From positions 1 to 29,411 of IMG/VR virus record IMGVR_UViG_3300022930_000026: a stretch of DNA of 29,411 nucleotides; one strand, 5' to 3'. The notes under the pieces were generated by a model. The model had not been told where the DNA came from, ran no database searches, and saw only the letters and a list, made by a program, of their open reading frames with translations. Below, one piece after another: positions 1 through 8,211 of the stretch (the first letter of the stretch is position 1; the number at the start of each line of letters is the position of its first letter). Both the position numbers and the translations under genes were made by a program. Source of the DNA: a virus (lineage: Duplodnaviria > Caudoviricetes).

Positions 1-351
1 ACCGTCTAATTCCTTGCGTATTTCACGGTTGTTTATTATTTCATTACGTTGTTCTTGCGTAAGCTTGTTTACCGCTGTTGTATGCTTTGTAGTGGCTTGC
101 GAAAGCTTGTTTAATTGTTCCTCCTGCTTTTTATAATCGGCTTGAAGTTGCTTGATAATCCTCTGGCTTTCCAAAAGCTTCTTATTCATATCATTGTTGG
201 ACAATGTAGGCATAGAGAAACTCTTTGAAAAGTTCTTTGCATTCTTGGAGCTGTCAATTAATTGCTGGTCCAATAATTCAAGGTCACCAATCAATTTATA
301 TACTTGTTCCCTTGCTACTTCCTCAACTACCCTGTTTAATGTACCAGCCAT
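1..351 (-). CDS. Probable tape measure protein, N-terminal part (runs off the window)
   Basis: Not in the ORF track. ATG at 351-349 overlaps the upstream TAA (TAATG). The frame is open to base 1 (MAGTLNRVVEEVAREQVYKLIGDLELLDQQL...KLSQATTKHTTAVNKLTQEQRNE...). Coiled-coil-like and located after the tail genes. Confidence 0.65.
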   Translation of the reverse strand, partial: MAGTLNRVVEEVAREQVYKLIGDLELLDQQLIDSSKNAKNFSKSFSMPTLSNNDMNKKLLESQRIIKQLQADYKKQEEQLNKLSQATTKHTTAVNKLTQEQRNEIINNREIRKELDG

Positions 352-1010
352 TATTTTTCTGTTTTAGTCTTTTTAATGGTATCTTTTACTTGTTTCTCAA
401 TTGCTACAAATTCCAACAATGAGGTCTTTTTTGGATTAATCCTGTCAATTTTCAGTATCCTTTGGTAAGTCAATAATATAGAATTAAAGTTTAATGAAAC
501 ATTATCATTCTCATCGATTTCCTTTTCTTCAACTTCCGGATATATTTCCGCCTGTAACGAATCTATTGTAGTCTGCAATGCGTTAATCTCATTTCTCACA
601 TTTTCAAGTTCTTCAATCAATTGTTTTTCCTTATCCAGATAAAAACCCCAACTCTCTAATTCTGCAATCAATCCGTCAAATGTTTCCTTGGCAATTAGAT
701 TTAATGTAATTCTATTGTATAGCCTATCAACTATGATTGAACCATAATGTACTTGCAAGTTTAGCTCTTCCTTGTATGAAAGCAAATCGAACTTATTTAC
801 CATCGTTTCCTCGCCTCGCAATTGAGAAAACTCCTTGTTTATTTCCTCCATTTTGGAAGCAAGTTTTTCATTTGATGTAGATGGTCCTGATTTAATCAGA
901 TACTTTAAATCCTTTGTTGCCATTATCTGGATATAATTCCAAATACTTAACTCGTTGCAATCTTTATATAGTGTGGTTTTCCTTAAACGTGTTTTTCCAG
1001 TAATTCCCAT
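351..1010 (-). CDS. Putative tail assembly chaperone / helical tail-module protein
   Basis: 219 aa, helical, directly upstream of and coupled to the putative tape measure gene. Function inferred from position only. Confidence 0.4.
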   Translation of the reverse strand: MGITGKTRLRKTTLYKDCNELSIWNYIQIMATKDLKYLIKSGPSTSNEKLASKMEEINKEFSQLRGEETMVNKFDLLSYKEELNLQVHYGSIIVDRLYNRITLNLIAKETFDGLIAELESWGFYLDKEKQLIEELENVRNEINALQTTIDSLQAEIYPEVEEKEIDENDNVSLNFNSILLTYQRILKIDRINPKKTSLLEFVAIEKQVKDTIKKTKTEK

Positions 1011-1465
1011 ATCTTAGGTATGATTATTTCGTTATTTACATAATTCTGATTTTCTTCGTACAATCCGAATATATCCTTGTACTTATCATCCAATTTACCA
1101 ATCTCACCACCAGCCGAACTCCTTATTATAACATCTCCTGCGATATTGAACATTCTCAAACTATTGAAAAAATAACCATTTATGTAAAGGTTAGGAGCAT
1201 TAGGATTTCTTATTGAGTTTGGCGTTAATCTTTGCTTCCAACTTATATAAGCCCGTGCTTGTCTTGGTGTCTTAAAAAAAGGGTCTTCCGTATAAAGCGG
1301 TCTAATATCCTGATTCTTATTTGTCTTACCATCATATAATTGCCCTTGCTGTAATGATATTACTTTTGCTGAATTGGCAAACAATGAATCTGAAATAGTT
1401 TCGGGTATTTCATCGTAGGCTTTCCTTAGATTGTCCAATAAATCCTTTACCGTTACATCTGCCAT
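983..1465 (-). CDS. Putative neck/tail-completion protein (HK97 gp10-like)
   Basis: 160 aa. The NLYINGYFFNSL segment resembles the L-x-x-T-G-x-L/F-x-x-S motif of HK97 gp10-type proteins. Lies in the tail module. Confidence 0.45.
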   Translation of the reverse strand: MADVTVKDLLDNLRKAYDEIPETISDSLFANSAKVISLQQGQLYDGKTNKNQDIRPLYTEDPFFKTPRQARAYISWKQRLTPNSIRNPNAPNLYINGYFFNSLRMFNIAGDVIIRSSAGGEIGKLDDKYKDIFGLYEENQNYVNNEIIIPKIWELLEKHV

Positions 1466-1478
1466 ATAATTTAAAATG

Positions 1479-1512
1479 AAAAAAGGAATAGGAAATAACT
1501 CCCATTCCTTTT
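1479..1512 (-). terminator. Intrinsic terminator
   Basis: Stem aaaaggaat (1481-89) / attcctttt (1504-12), with a U-run on the minus strand, just downstream of the 1536-2150 gene. Confidence 0.6.
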
Positions 1513-1535
1513 AGGTTTCTGAAATAATAACCAAT

Positions 1536-2150
1536 CTATATAACTGCTGTGATACTTTTTTGAATCCAAGTTGCAACCCCTGTTTTTGTGTATTCCAATC
1601 CACCACCCGAAATACTCGGACAGTAAACACTAAATCCATTTGGATATATTGCATTTGGATAATTACTGTTTAATGAAGCCAAGCTTAAAGCTGATGTAGT
1701 GGCGTTTAAGACTCCATTATCAGGATTTAAAAATTCGGCTTGCCAATATCCCAATCCAACAAATGTAAACCTTACTCCTTTTCCAACTGCTATAGCAACT
1801 TCATTTGTGAATGTTTGAAACTTTGCTATCGAAAGGTTATTAGTATTAGCTACATTGGCCCTAATTGTGATATTGGCTACAGCAAAAACAATAACTTCTT
1901 TTCCAATTACAGAAGTAGATGGCAAATATCCTACACCACCATTGAAAGAACACATATTAATGTCATTCGGCAATTCTGATGGAGTCGCACTTAAAGCAAC
2001 GTTTCCTTGAACTTTAATAGGCGCTTGTTGATCTACATAGTCAGCAACCAACTTCAAGGCGCTTCCCTCGTCTTCTGGCGTAAGACTTCCTGGCAAAGCC
2101 TTATCAGTGATTAATTCATCAATATCATTATTTAATTCATTCCTTGTCAT
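1536..2150 (-). CDS. Putative virion accessory / tail decoration protein
   Basis: ATG at 2150 (alternative TTG at 2153). Helical N-terminus (MTRNELNNDIDELITDKALPGSLTPEDEGSAL) followed by beta-rich Gly/Ser/Thr domains. Immediately downstream of the major tail gene. Confidence 0.5.
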   Translation of the reverse strand: MTRNELNNDIDELITDKALPGSLTPEDEGSALKLVADYVDQQAPIKVQGNVALSATPSELPNDINMCSFNGGVGYLPSTSVIGKEVIVFAVANITIRANVANTNNLSIAKFQTFTNEVAIAVGKGVRFTFVGLGYWQAEFLNPDNGVLNATTSALSLASLNSNYPNAIYPNGFSVYCPSISGGGLEYTKTGVATWIQKSITAVI

Positions 2151-2323
2151 CAAGTAAACTTTTAAGGTTTGTAAATCTTATTTGAAAAATGTGTATCGAT
2201 GCCTTCACCAACATTTATCGCATCAATCAAATAAAATTGATTGTTTTGAAAGTCCGCACCTGATGCCAAATACCTTTAGTTAAAAGGTGCGGAAAATTCT
2301 ATTGAGTGAACCCCAATTACTTA
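2151..2323 (-). promoter_or_regulatory. Structured intergenic RNA after the major tail gene (candidate recoding or coupling element)
   Basis: Stems read by eye: tccgcacct 2253-61 / aggtgcgga 2285-93; caatcaa 2224-30 / ttgattg 2237-43; attgag 2301-06 / cccaat 2312-17; long-range caagtaa 2151-57 / ttactta 2317-23. Confidence 0.5.
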
Positions 2324-3277
2324 TGCAACAACTGTAACCCTTGTAGTATTTGACTTATACAACCTGTTACCTTTTTTAATGATACCGGTTGTAAATGCCA
2401 CGTTGTTCAAACGCAAAGTCAAAACTTGACCGGCAGTAAGGGCTGATGCAACAGCACCTGTATAGTTAAGCGTTGTAGTATCTTGGGTTATCGTACTAAA
2501 AGCAACAACAACACCGTCTTTTGTAAGCTGTAAATCAGCTGGTAACAACCCTCCTAAATCAATTGATTTTTTATCCGCGGCCGTTTTAACTGAAAATATA
2601 ACCGTTGTATCTGTTGCCCCTGGAATAACTTCAAATACTACCTTAGCATCATTCACACCATCTAAGCTTGCATTTCTGATATTGTGTTCAGATGCAACTG
2701 CCCAACCCGCTTCCATATCGAACTCATCACGGTAAAGTTCCTGCAACCATATTCTTGTAAAGGCGTTATCAGCTCCGATAACTTGCTTGTAAGCATCTTT
2801 TCCGAATTGACCAACTGTAAACCCTTTTACGATAGTATTAAGACCTTCTCCGCTTGTGTTGAAGATAATAGAGTTTGCCGAATCCAAGTAAATCACATCG
2901 TAAGAGCCGAATGATTCCAATGTAGCCATAGCCATATCGAAATATAAACCGTTTCTGAATGTGAAAGCAAATGTTCTTGGAGATTTTCCGGTAGTAGTGA
3001 TAATGTTTGTACCTGCATCAGTTGTTTGATTATCGGCTGCCGTCAAATCCTCAACCGCTACAACTTTTGATAATACAACCGCTTTACCTTCTTGCTGTAA
3101 GGTTTGCATATAAGCCAAACTAAAAGCCTCTTCCAATAATGTACCCTGAGGCAACAAAATGATAGTTGATATTAATTTAATGTTGAAGGGGCAGTTATGC
3201 GTTCCCGTTCCCTTGATTCCTGATTGACCGCAATTTATCTTGTAAATTTGGTCTAATAATCCTTGTGATATTGCCAT
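2321..3277 (-). CDS. Major tail (tube) protein
   Basis: 318 aa, beta-rich, N-terminal C...GTG...C segment and an Ig-like C-terminal part ending RVTVVA. Positioned after the head-tail joining genes. Confidence 0.7.
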   Translation of the reverse strand: MAISQGLLDQIYKINCGQSGIKGTGTHNCPFNIKLISTIILLPQGTLLEEAFSLAYMQTLQQEGKAVVLSKVVAVEDLTAADNQTTDAGTNIITTTGKSPRTFAFTFRNGLYFDMAMATLESFGSYDVIYLDSANSIIFNTSGEGLNTIVKGFTVGQFGKDAYKQVIGADNAFTRIWLQELYRDEFDMEAGWAVASEHNIRNASLDGVNDAKVVFEVIPGATDTTVIFSVKTAADKKSIDLGGLLPADLQLTKDGVVVAFSTITQDTTTLNYTGAVASALTAGQVLTLRLNNVAFTTGIIKKGNRLYKSNTTRVTVVA

Positions 3278-3281
3278 TTCT

Positions 3282-3434
3282 TTAATTTATTAAATGTTGT
3301 TTTTTCATGTAGTCGATGGAATCCTGATTTTCAAGTTCTATCTTTTCGCCTTTCAGATACTCTTTACCTTTCAAAGTAAATTCATTCTTGACTGTGAACG
3401 ATTTGGTTTCTGATTGTTTCTTAACCTTTGCCAT
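3282..3434 (-). CDS. Small hypothetical protein (50 aa)
   Basis: Not in the track. MAKVKKQSETKSFTVKNEFTLKGKEYLKGEKIELENQDSIDYMKKQHLIN; fills the gap between two tail-module genes. Confidence 0.75.
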   Translation of the reverse strand: MAKVKKQSETKSFTVKNEFTLKGKEYLKGEKIELENQDSIDYMKKQHLIN

Positions 3435-3445
3435 AAAGCTTTATT

Positions 3446-3988
3446 TTAACAGCAACAAGTTTCATTTACTGAAAAACTTACTGCCAGATTGAACTTAAAT
3501 ACGTGGTATGGTTGCATATCGTTCTTCTGTTCGTAATTGATGCCATTTAAAGCCCTTTCATAACCCGAATCTATAGAAGTTACAGAAACATTGTCAAAGC
3601 CTGTTAAAAGTTGCTCTACGTCCGTTTCAACTTCCATATCAGCACGATGGTTAATTGATGGTTTGGCTTTTCTTAAATCAACAATGAATATCAATTCCAA
3701 ATCAGTCTTGAACCATCCCTCAACATCCCTTTTCTTCTGTGATCGATTAAGAAAAAAGAATTTTGATTTGTTAGAAACCGCTACATTTTCATAATCTGAC
3801 CCCTGTTTGAACCTTTCGGCCGTCTTGAATCCATCACGATTTATAACATAACACCTTCCAATGCCGTCAAGGTTTGTTTTTTCATCCGTACCCATTACCC
3901 ACAAAGAACTTAATTCTGAATGCAAAGTGTTTTGCATCTTTTGGATTGTTGCATCCAAACTAACCGGATTTGATTTTGTATAATTCAT
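3446..3988 (-). CDS. Putative tail terminator / tail completion protein
   Basis: 180 aa alpha/beta protein just upstream of the major tail gene; synteny. Confidence 0.5.
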   Translation of the reverse strand: MNYTKSNPVSLDATIQKMQNTLHSELSSLWVMGTDEKTNLDGIGRCYVINRDGFKTAERFKQGSDYENVAVSNKSKFFFLNRSQKKRDVEGWFKTDLELIFIVDLRKAKPSINHRADMEVETDVEQLLTGFDNVSVTSIDSGYERALNGINYEQKNDMQPYHVFKFNLAVSFSVNETCCC

Positions 3989-3989
3989 A

Positions 3990-4655
3990 TTACCAAAGAT
4001 CAGAACGCCCTCTTAATGTTGGAGCAGAAAGGTTATTTCCATCGCCTGGAATAATATTAGGGTCTTTATAAGTCGGAAACAAAACGTTTATAGCATTTGT
4101 TACAGCTGCCTCATAATTATCCAAAGTTCCTTTTCCAATTGAACGTCCATACTCATTTTTGATTCCATCTAACTCATACTTCATTATATCGTAGTTCATT
4201 CCTAAATTGGTTTCGGTTGAATTGCTTCTATTTGTTGTAAGAAACATTCTCAAACACTTTGAAGCCATGCACCAACCAATGCTTTCATCAAAAACAGATT
4301 GTTTCGCCTCAATCACACCGCTATATTCCGTTGCATAACTCAAGCTTTTAACTCCTTGAATTTCTGCATAGTTGGCAAGAACATTAGTGTCAAATATCTT
4401 TGCTAAAACCTCAATAACAACCTCACGCTTCATCTTTAATAGCTCGGCATTCAATTCAGAGTTATCAGTCAAGTCATTCTCCAAACAGTAATAAACATTT
4501 TCTACAATTGCCGTACTATGAAATGATTTGTATTGACGTGTTGACGTGCTTTCAAGGTTTTCATCGCTAATTGTCAAATTCAATGAAGCAATTGTAGATT
4601 GATTCCAACCTATTCTGTCTATTAAAGTCTGTATTGCCGTTTCATTGTATAACAT
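3990..4655 (-). CDS. Putative head-tail adaptor/connector
   Basis: 221 aa, helical, two genes downstream of the major capsid gene; synteny. Confidence 0.45.
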   Translation of the reverse strand: MLYNETAIQTLIDRIGWNQSTIASLNLTISDENLESTSTRQYKSFHSTAIVENVYYCLENDLTDNSELNAELLKMKREVVIEVLAKIFDTNVLANYAEIQGVKSLSYATEYSGVIEAKQSVFDESIGWCMASKCLRMFLTTNRSNSTETNLGMNYDIMKYELDGIKNEYGRSIGKGTLDNYEAAVTNAINVLFPTYKDPNIIPGDGNNLSAPTLRGRSDLW

Positions 4656-4676
4656 TGATGAATATTATATGGGTTT

Positions 4677-5123
4677 TTATTCTGATTTGGATACTCGGCC
4701 CGAATTAACCAATGATTTCAAACGTGATGCGTCAAAATGGCTTACATCTGTTCCAATTTCGTAAACGTTAGGTTCTACTCCTGCGATTCTGTATTGTGGC
4801 GCATCCTTGAATGCCCTTACAACAATATAAACACCATCGTTTTGGTTATTTGAAACGCTAAATGAAGGCTCTAACGATTCTGTTTTTTCAATACCTAAAT
4901 TTTGATCTAAAATAGGCATATTTGACAAATCATTTTCGTTCGGATCTTGTTGCTTTTGAATAGCTTCTACAACTTCAATATTGTTTACATTTTCGCCCAT
5001 ATTGTTCTCGAATTTTTGTTCAACATTTTCCGAAAACTCGTTTTGTAAATCAACCTCAGAAGCATTTACTGCATCCGAGGTTTTTTCTGCTACGTTTTCC
5101 TGTATTTTTGCAGGTCTTCCCAT
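4677..5123 (-). CDS. Hypothetical head-module protein
   Basis: Starts MGRPAK, then an acidic low-complexity linker and a compact C-terminal domain (YIVVRAFKD...YEIGTDVSHFDASRLKSLVNSGRV). Follows the capsid gene. Confidence 0.55.
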   Translation of the reverse strand: MGRPAKIQENVAEKTSDAVNASEVDLQNEFSENVEQKFENNMGENVNNIEVVEAIQKQQDPNENDLSNMPILDQNLGIEKTESLEPSFSVSNNQNDGVYIVVRAFKDAPQYRIAGVEPNVYEIGTDVSHFDASRLKSLVNSGRVSKSE

Positions 5124-5134
5124 AGTTTTACTTT

Positions 5135-6217
5135 TTATCCGTTATCTTGGGTTGAATCTAACAAGTAAATAGCATCTGGATTGTCGATAACTGGCACAAC
5201 ACGAGATTGTGAGTTTGTTACCTCCATTAGTGACGGTCTATTCATACGGTATTTAGATACCAACATAAAATCATCAACTGTTTCGTAAACTACTCCTGCA
5301 ACCGGATGATCTTGTTCGGCCAATCTGGCATAAACATAGCTTCCTAAATCGTTAGTTGTTACGAATGCAACTGATCCAGCTTTCCAAGGTTTAATGTTTG
5401 TGTTGACTCCATTTCTTTGTAGTCTAACAGAACGGTCAATGATTACTAAATCAGCACCGAATTCATCTTTGAAAGCAGAAAGGAATTGAACTGTTGTAGG
5501 CACTGTTAAAGTAGTTCCAAAATTTCCAATTGTAGTAGCATATAAAGCTTTACCTTCCGCAGATGCTTTAACTCGGTTGAAAGTTGGCCTATCCATCATA
5601 ATAGTTACAATGGTGTTTCCATCCAATTCAGCTTTGTCAAATACTTGTTGCATATCGGTTAATGGAGTTGCAGTAGCCGTATCATCCCAGGAAATTGTAC
5701 TTTCAAATTTGTTTGCATCAAGGAAACCGTAATTTACTCTAACTGCCGTACCAACCGTTTCCGTATTTGTTACTTCAACAATTCCAGAAGAAAGTCCTTC
5801 CAAGAACATCGCTTCAAGTCTTTCGTATTGACCGCCAATAACCATTGGAGTATCAGCAAATAATTTAGCCAAAGCCTCAGTATTTCTACCCAAAGCAACC
5901 AAAGTATTCAAGTCTGTCAATTCTTTTTCTCTCAAAGCCAACTCCATACCCATTTTAGGAATGTCACCAGAAGCTTTTCCTAAAGATGGTCTTGTTTTTA
6001 ATGGAATAGAAGAATCCATTGTGATTAAATCAGCGGCAACTAATTGGTTGTTTACCGAAAGAGTTTCCCATTTACCATCTACAGAGAAATTCTTTTTAAG
6101 GAATGTTCTAAATAGGTAAGTTGGCAGTTTCTTTTCATCATTGTAACTTTCTACGATTCTTAATGTAAGACCTGGAAAGTATTCTGCGAGCCATGCGGCA
6201 AATATTGATTGTTCCAT
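5135..6217 (-). CDS. Major capsid protein (lambda gpE-like family)
   Basis: 360 aa. Segments AADLITMDSSIPLKTR, GDIPKMG, ERLEAMFLEGLSSG, WDDTATATPLTD and VPVIDNPDAIYLLD fit gpE-type capsids. Order is scaffold-decoration-capsid. Confidence 0.88.
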   Translation of the reverse strand: MEQSIFAAWLAEYFPGLTLRIVESYNDEKKLPTYLFRTFLKKNFSVDGKWETLSVNNQLVAADLITMDSSIPLKTRPSLGKASGDIPKMGMELALREKELTDLNTLVALGRNTEALAKLFADTPMVIGGQYERLEAMFLEGLSSGIVEVTNTETVGTAVRVNYGFLDANKFESTISWDDTATATPLTDMQQVFDKAELDGNTIVTIMMDRPTFNRVKASAEGKALYATTIGNFGTTLTVPTTVQFLSAFKDEFGADLVIIDRSVRLQRNGVNTNIKPWKAGSVAFVTTNDLGSYVYARLAEQDHPVAGVVYETVDDFMLVSKYRMNRPSLMEVTNSQSRVVPVIDNPDAIYLLDSTQDNG

Positions 6218-6222
6218 AATTT

Positions 6223-6870
6223 TTAGTCAGCTCTTTGGTCAATTAGTGGCATTGCCGTTTTGAATGCTGATGCAATTGTTGCAAAATCATTAGGCGCCGC
6301 TACTGGGTTAATAGTTCCTCTTACCATAATTCCTGCAAATGGTCGCAAAGTTGGAATAGTTGAAATCAAAACACCTGCGTAAGTGTGACCACCTGGCAAT
6401 GCTTGATAAGTTGATGTTGCATTAACTGTAGCAACAGGCACCAAAAATCCAGATCCTACTGGTCCAAGTTGTGCAGATAAAGAATCAGCGGCAACATAAC
6501 CACTTCCTTTATTTACAATTGTTACGGTTGTTACCGCATTACTCGATACAACAATAGTTGCTGTTGCGCCCGTTCCGCTTCCGCCTGTTAGTGGAACTGC
6601 TGTGTAAGTTCCGTTGGTATAGGCACTTCCGCCTACAACTGTTCCAAGTGTGGCAATTGCCCCAAGCCCGTTAATTGGCATTGGCTTATGATAACCAGTT
6701 GCCGTTTCATTGATGATTACGTGTCCGGCTCTAATGACTGGATTTGGAAACCCCGTAACATCTAAACTTCTACCGCCTCTTATTGATTGAAAATTATCGA
6801 CAATTACTACCGAGTCTTTTCCATCATTGTAGGTTGCAGAGGCATTGTTTAAATTGATAATGTCGCTCAT
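6223..6870 (-). CDS. Head decoration protein with an inserted Gly/Thr-rich beta domain
   Basis: Lies between scaffold and capsid. Core segments GGRSLDVTGF...VIRAGHVII and YAGVLISTI...AGIMVRGTIN flank a ~80-aa G/T/V-rich segment. Confidence 0.7.
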   Translation of the reverse strand: MSDIINLNNASATYNDGKDSVVIVDNFQSIRGGRSLDVTGFPNPVIRAGHVIINETATGYHKPMPINGLGAIATLGTVVGGSAYTNGTYTAVPLTGGSGTGATATIVVSSNAVTTVTIVNKGSGYVAADSLSAQLGPVGSGFLVPVATVNATSTYQALPGGHTYAGVLISTIPTLRPFAGIMVRGTINPVAAPNDFATIASAFKTAMPLIDQRAD

Positions 6871-6882
6871 CGTTTAATTTTT

Positions 6883-7518
6883 TTAGATTCCTATGCTTTG
6901 TGCAAGTTTGTCAACATCTTCTTTAGATGCTTGTTTTGTTTGTCCTACTGGTGGTGTATTTCCTCCCCCTGGAATTTCGCTTCCTGCTACTGGCGCAACA
7001 ATTTTATTTGTTTCAGCAAAGGATTTGTATTCAGTTGCAAGTGTTTCTACTGCCGTTTCAAATTCATCATCCGAAGTAGGAATGCTTTTGTTTAATATAA
7101 ACTCTGGAACTCCTTTTAATCTTTCGTCTTTTCTGAATCTTTCAGACAAACTTTGTGTCTTTTGTTGAGTTTCAAAACCTATAATTTTAGTTTCTAATTG
7201 CCCGAATTTGGCTAACATCATCTTTTCAAATGATGTCATTCCTTCCGTATCAATTTCCTCTAACTCTTTTTGGGTCTTGTCCTCTGGTTTTGGTGCTGGT
7301 GTTAATTTCTTAACTGCATCCGTTACCCTTTGATCAGCTTCCCTCACAGCTTCTAAAACTACATCTTCCCTGTCATCAACATAAGCGTCAATATCAGTAT
7401 CGTTGTCAATCTTAGCCGCCCATTTGGTCGCTAAATTATCTTTGAAAGTTTTCGAAATTGACTTACCCTTGAATTTTGCTTCAATTGCAGTCAGAACCAA
7501 CCCTTTTTCAACAGCCAT
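6883..7518 (-). CDS. Capsid scaffolding protein
   Basis: 211 aa, charged coiled-coil with EADQRVTDAVKK, a Pro/Gly-rich linker and a short C-terminal helix. Upstream of decoration and capsid. Confidence 0.72.
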   Translation of the reverse strand: MAVEKGLVLTAIEAKFKGKSISKTFKDNLATKWAAKIDNDTDIDAYVDDREDVVLEAVREADQRVTDAVKKLTPAPKPEDKTQKELEEIDTEGMTSFEKMMLAKFGQLETKIIGFETQQKTQSLSERFRKDERLKGVPEFILNKSIPTSDDEFETAVETLATEYKSFAETNKIVAPVAGSEIPGGGNTPPVGQTKQASKEDVDKLAQSIGI

Positions 7519-7609
7519 AATAATGTGTTTTTAGTTATTAATGATGTAAAATTAGATAGTATTTGTTATTTATTGAAAATTATCGAACCTTAGTATATAT
7601 ATTTTATTA

Positions 7610-7617
7610 TATATTTG
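7610..7617 (+). promoter_or_regulatory. Bacteroidota primary-sigma -7 box for the plus-strand genes
   Basis: TATATTTG matches TAnnTTTG, 25 nt before the ATG at 7643. Confidence 0.55.
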
Positions 7618-7642
7618 CAGTATAACATTAATATTTATATAT

Positions 7643-7852
7643 ATGGAAACGAAACCTTTAAGTAATTCAGAAGTGGTTGCAGAATTAAGAAAAGAAACTA
7701 AAGCTTATGTAGGCATTATGCTTCAAAGCGCATTTAGTGAAAAATGTATCAGGATTGAAAATGACCTTTGCAAGCCAATTACGGTTATTAAATTCTTTGA
7801 AAAGTTTGGATATAAAGGAACTTGGAATAGTTTCACTAAATCAGAAAAATAA
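7643..7852 (+). CDS. Small hypothetical protein, possibly HTH-like
   Basis: 69 aa with its own promoter box and an AT-rich start context. The HTH resemblance is weak. Confidence 0.6.
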   Translation: METKPLSNSEVVAELRKETKAYVGIMLQSAFSEKCIRIENDLCKPITVIKFFEKFGYKGTWNSFTKSEK

Positions 7853-8200
7853 ATGAAGTTATCAGTGAAAATTAAAAAGGCTTTGGCTAAATGGTTGTTT
7901 CCTTACTTAATGGAATTATTGCCAAAACCTGATAAATTTTGTTTGCCTGATATCCCATCTCCTAGAATACCAAAAATTGAAGAACATAATATTATACAAT
8001 TACGTTCTGAAATATATTTATCCGATTATGACTATGCTATAGGAAGATAAAAATCTATAATAGAAAATAGAACAAGAGATTTTTGTAATGCTGTTAGACC
8101 ATATATTCAAACTACATTTGAAAGCAATAAAAATAGTCCATTACACGAAAATAGAATAACACTAACTCTTTACATAAAAGAAAAAGCCTCATTAATTTGA
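7853..8200 (+). pseudogene. Hypothetical gene interrupted by an in-frame TAA at 8048-8050
   Basis: After ...DYAIGR* the same frame continues for 49 codons (KSIIENRTRDFCNAVRPYIQTTFESNKNSPLHENRITLTLYIKEKASLI) to a TGA at 8198-8200 inside the terminator. Confidence 0.65.
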
Positions 8201-8211
8201 GGCTTTTTTTT
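8181..8211. terminator. Bidirectional intrinsic terminator
   Basis: aaaaagcctca-ttaatt-tgaggcttttt, a perfect stem with A/T tails, between convergent genes. Confidence 0.85.

Noticed and set aside
351-1465. Lambda G/GT-type programmed frameshift in the tail chaperones
   Set aside because: I could not identify a convincing slippery heptamer with a start-less second frame.
2151-2326. T4 gene 60-type ribosomal bypass fusing the major tail protein to the next protein
   Set aside because: There is no matching GCA landing codon in the downstream gene's frame between its upstream in-frame stop (2178-80) and its start.
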